In this document: piece after piece, positions 62,395-64,000 of the stretch
How the letters are laid out: each line of letters begins with the position of its first letter
Position numbering within the stretch: the first letter of the stretch is position 1
Source of the DNA: a virus
Lineage: Duplodnaviria > Caudoviricetes
Virus record (IMG/VR): IMGVR_UViG_3300027782_000065
Span: 1-64,000 of that record
Reading direction: 5' to 3' (one strand)
DNA: 64,000 bases
Program-made: the position numbers and the translations under genes
The notes under the pieces: model-generated
What the model saw: only the letters and a program-made list of their open reading frames with translations
Databases searched by the model: none
Told to the model about the DNA's origin: nothing

Positions 62395-63641
62395 TTTTTT
62401 TTTATCTTAACAAATCCGATCCCGTGATCTTTAGGGCAACAATTTTCAATTACATCCCATTTTGTTCTATCTAAATGTTCTAGAAAAATTTTAGGACCAG
62501 GATGGCAAGAGGTATCGTGAAATCCAACAATTCCATCATCTGCAAGAAGATTTGTATATTCCCAATCTAATAGTACTTGATTAATGCTATGCCATCCATC
62601 AATAAAAATAAAATCAAATTTTTCTACACCAATCTGTTTAAAAATATTCAAATTCTCACTATAATTTGAACTATTATTTTGAATCGTATAAATGTTATTT
62701 TCAGAATCTCTTAAAAAAGATCTATCATCTATATCAATACCAACATAGATTGTTTCTTTCTTTTTATTATTAAAAAATACATGACAGAAAGATTCTGTCG
62801 AATTTCTTCCTATTCCAATTTCAAGTATTGCTTTAGCATTATCTCGTAGTTTGTTAAATTGTTCCAACAAATGATATCTATTACAATCAGTAACTTCAGC
62901 ATCATAAATTTCATTTTGATTATCATCAATGCCACGAAATCCATATCCATAAGGATGTGGTAAAGACCAATCTCGATCATCAAATTCAGTGAAGGTCCTA
63001 ATATCTTCAATTAAATCTTGATTAAATTTCATTTCATCAAACTCCTTTATGTTTTTATTTTCAAATGCACAATCATATTCATGTAAGGAAGGAACCTGCT
63101 CATATCCCATTCCCCTTAACATACATTCAAGATTGTATTTATAATCCCCAAGATGTTTATATTCAAACTCTATTTTTTTAATTTTATACTTTTTCCAATT
63201 AAAATTCAAAAGTATTTCAGATTCTATTCCCTCAATATCAAGTAGAAGATAATCCAAATAGTAAATATTATATTTTTCAAATAGTTTATCTAATGTTAAG
63301 CAAGGAACTTTAAACGATTTAATTTCACCATCTGCTAAACCAGGATTCCATCTCTCATCAGAATGATTTAAAACATGCGATAACTTAGAAGAACAAATCT
63401 GACCAAAAATATCTGCAGTATTATAAAAAATTTCAAGTTCATTCTCCTTTTCAAAGGGAGATTTTATTGCAATATTTTCAACATTTACATTATCATAATT
63501 TGAATAAGATTCTTTTATCTTATCAATAAAGATAGAATTTGCATCTACAAATAATCCAAATTCTATCTTAGAATAATTAGATTTTAAATATCTTGATAGA
63601 TCATCTTCTCCATCATTTGTGCCAATTTGAACTACCCTCAT
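62391..63641 (-). CDS. tandem methyltransferases: FkbM-like plus Methyltransf_24-like
   Basis: VQIGTNDG..FVDAN..LLLDIEGIE..FE; LEIGIG..IDID..DFIFIDGWH..GFHD. Confidence 0.85.
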   Translation of the reverse strand: MRVVQIGTNDGEDDLSRYLKSNYSKIEFGLFVDANSIFIDKIKESYSNYDNVNVENIAIKSPFEKENELEIFYNTADIFGQICSSKLSHVLNHSDERWNPGLADGEIKSFKVPCLTLDKLFEKYNIYYLDYLLLDIEGIESEILLNFNWKKYKIKKIEFEYKHLGDYKYNLECMLRGMGYEQVPSLHEYDCAFENKNIKEFDEMKFNQDLIEDIRTFTEFDDRDWSLPHPYGYGFRGIDDNQNEIYDAEVTDCNRYHLLEQFNKLRDNAKAILEIGIGRNSTESFCHVFFNNKKKETIYVGIDIDDRSFLRDSENNIYTIQNNSSNYSENLNIFKQIGVEKFDFIFIDGWHSINQVLLDWEYTNLLADDGIVGFHDTSCHPGPKIFLEHLDRTKWDVIENCCPKDHGIGFVKIKKK

Positions 63642-64000
63642 TATAAAAATCTCTCCACTATTTTTTTAGTTGTTAAATTATTTTTAGTATGATTGAAAAT
63701 ATAATCATTAATCCAGTCATAATTTGGATGGACTTCATACCTTCTAGCGTATTTATTAGTTTCCAAAAATACTTCTTTTGGAAAATCCATCATCACAAAA
63801 GGAGGACAATCCCCAATATCCGGAAAATATGGAATACATTTATTTGCAAGAATTTCAAGATGCCTCATACAATTCCATTGACCTTTTTTCCAAGTCATCC
63901 CATAATAAGATTTTGCATAATCATTATAATATGATTCTTCATCATTGTAAATGTATGTTTTTCTATCTCCAGGAATAATATCTGCAAATATTTTTTCCTT
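63641..64000 (-). CDS. glycosyltransferase-like protein, 3' part (5' end outside the window)
   Basis: Frame open from the window edge: KEKIFADIIPG...MTWKKGQWNCMRHLEILANKCIPYF. Confidence 0.6.
   Translation of the reverse strand, partial: KEKIFADIIPGDRKTYIYNDEESYYNDYAKSYYGMTWKKGQWNCMRHLEILANKCIPYFPDIGDCPPFVMMDFPKEVFLETNKYARRYEVHPNYDWINDYIFNHTKNNLTTKKIVERFL

Overview
A 64-kb segment of a T4-like myovirus, most likely a (freshwater) cyanophage. This is inferred from the gp32-gp59-gp33-exonuclease-phoH-thyX-glutaredoxin gene order, the cyanophage-type baseplate block, T4-type late promoters and a glutamine riboswitch. Almost all genes are on the minus strand. 1-5 kb: small early genes, a helicase, a stand-alone DpnI-type winged-helix gene, a ParB-like gene and an adenine methyltransferase split over two ORFs. 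5-30 kb: fibre and structural genes (two giant fibres sharing DNA modules, LamG, two beta-propellers, two Gly-X-Gln collagen-like fibres), interrupted by three tRNAs. 30-44 kb: baseplate and tail module. 44-51.6 kb: replication and nucleotide-metabolism core, including a glnA-class riboswitch ahead of a 30-codon ORF. 51.7-64 kb: a glycan-biosynthesis island. Its most striking member is a RuBisCO-like protein (form IV type, lacking carboxylase residues), tightly coupled to a nucleotidyltransferase, cupin, oxidoreductase and phosphodiesterase. All product calls come from motif recognition by eye; no database searches were run.
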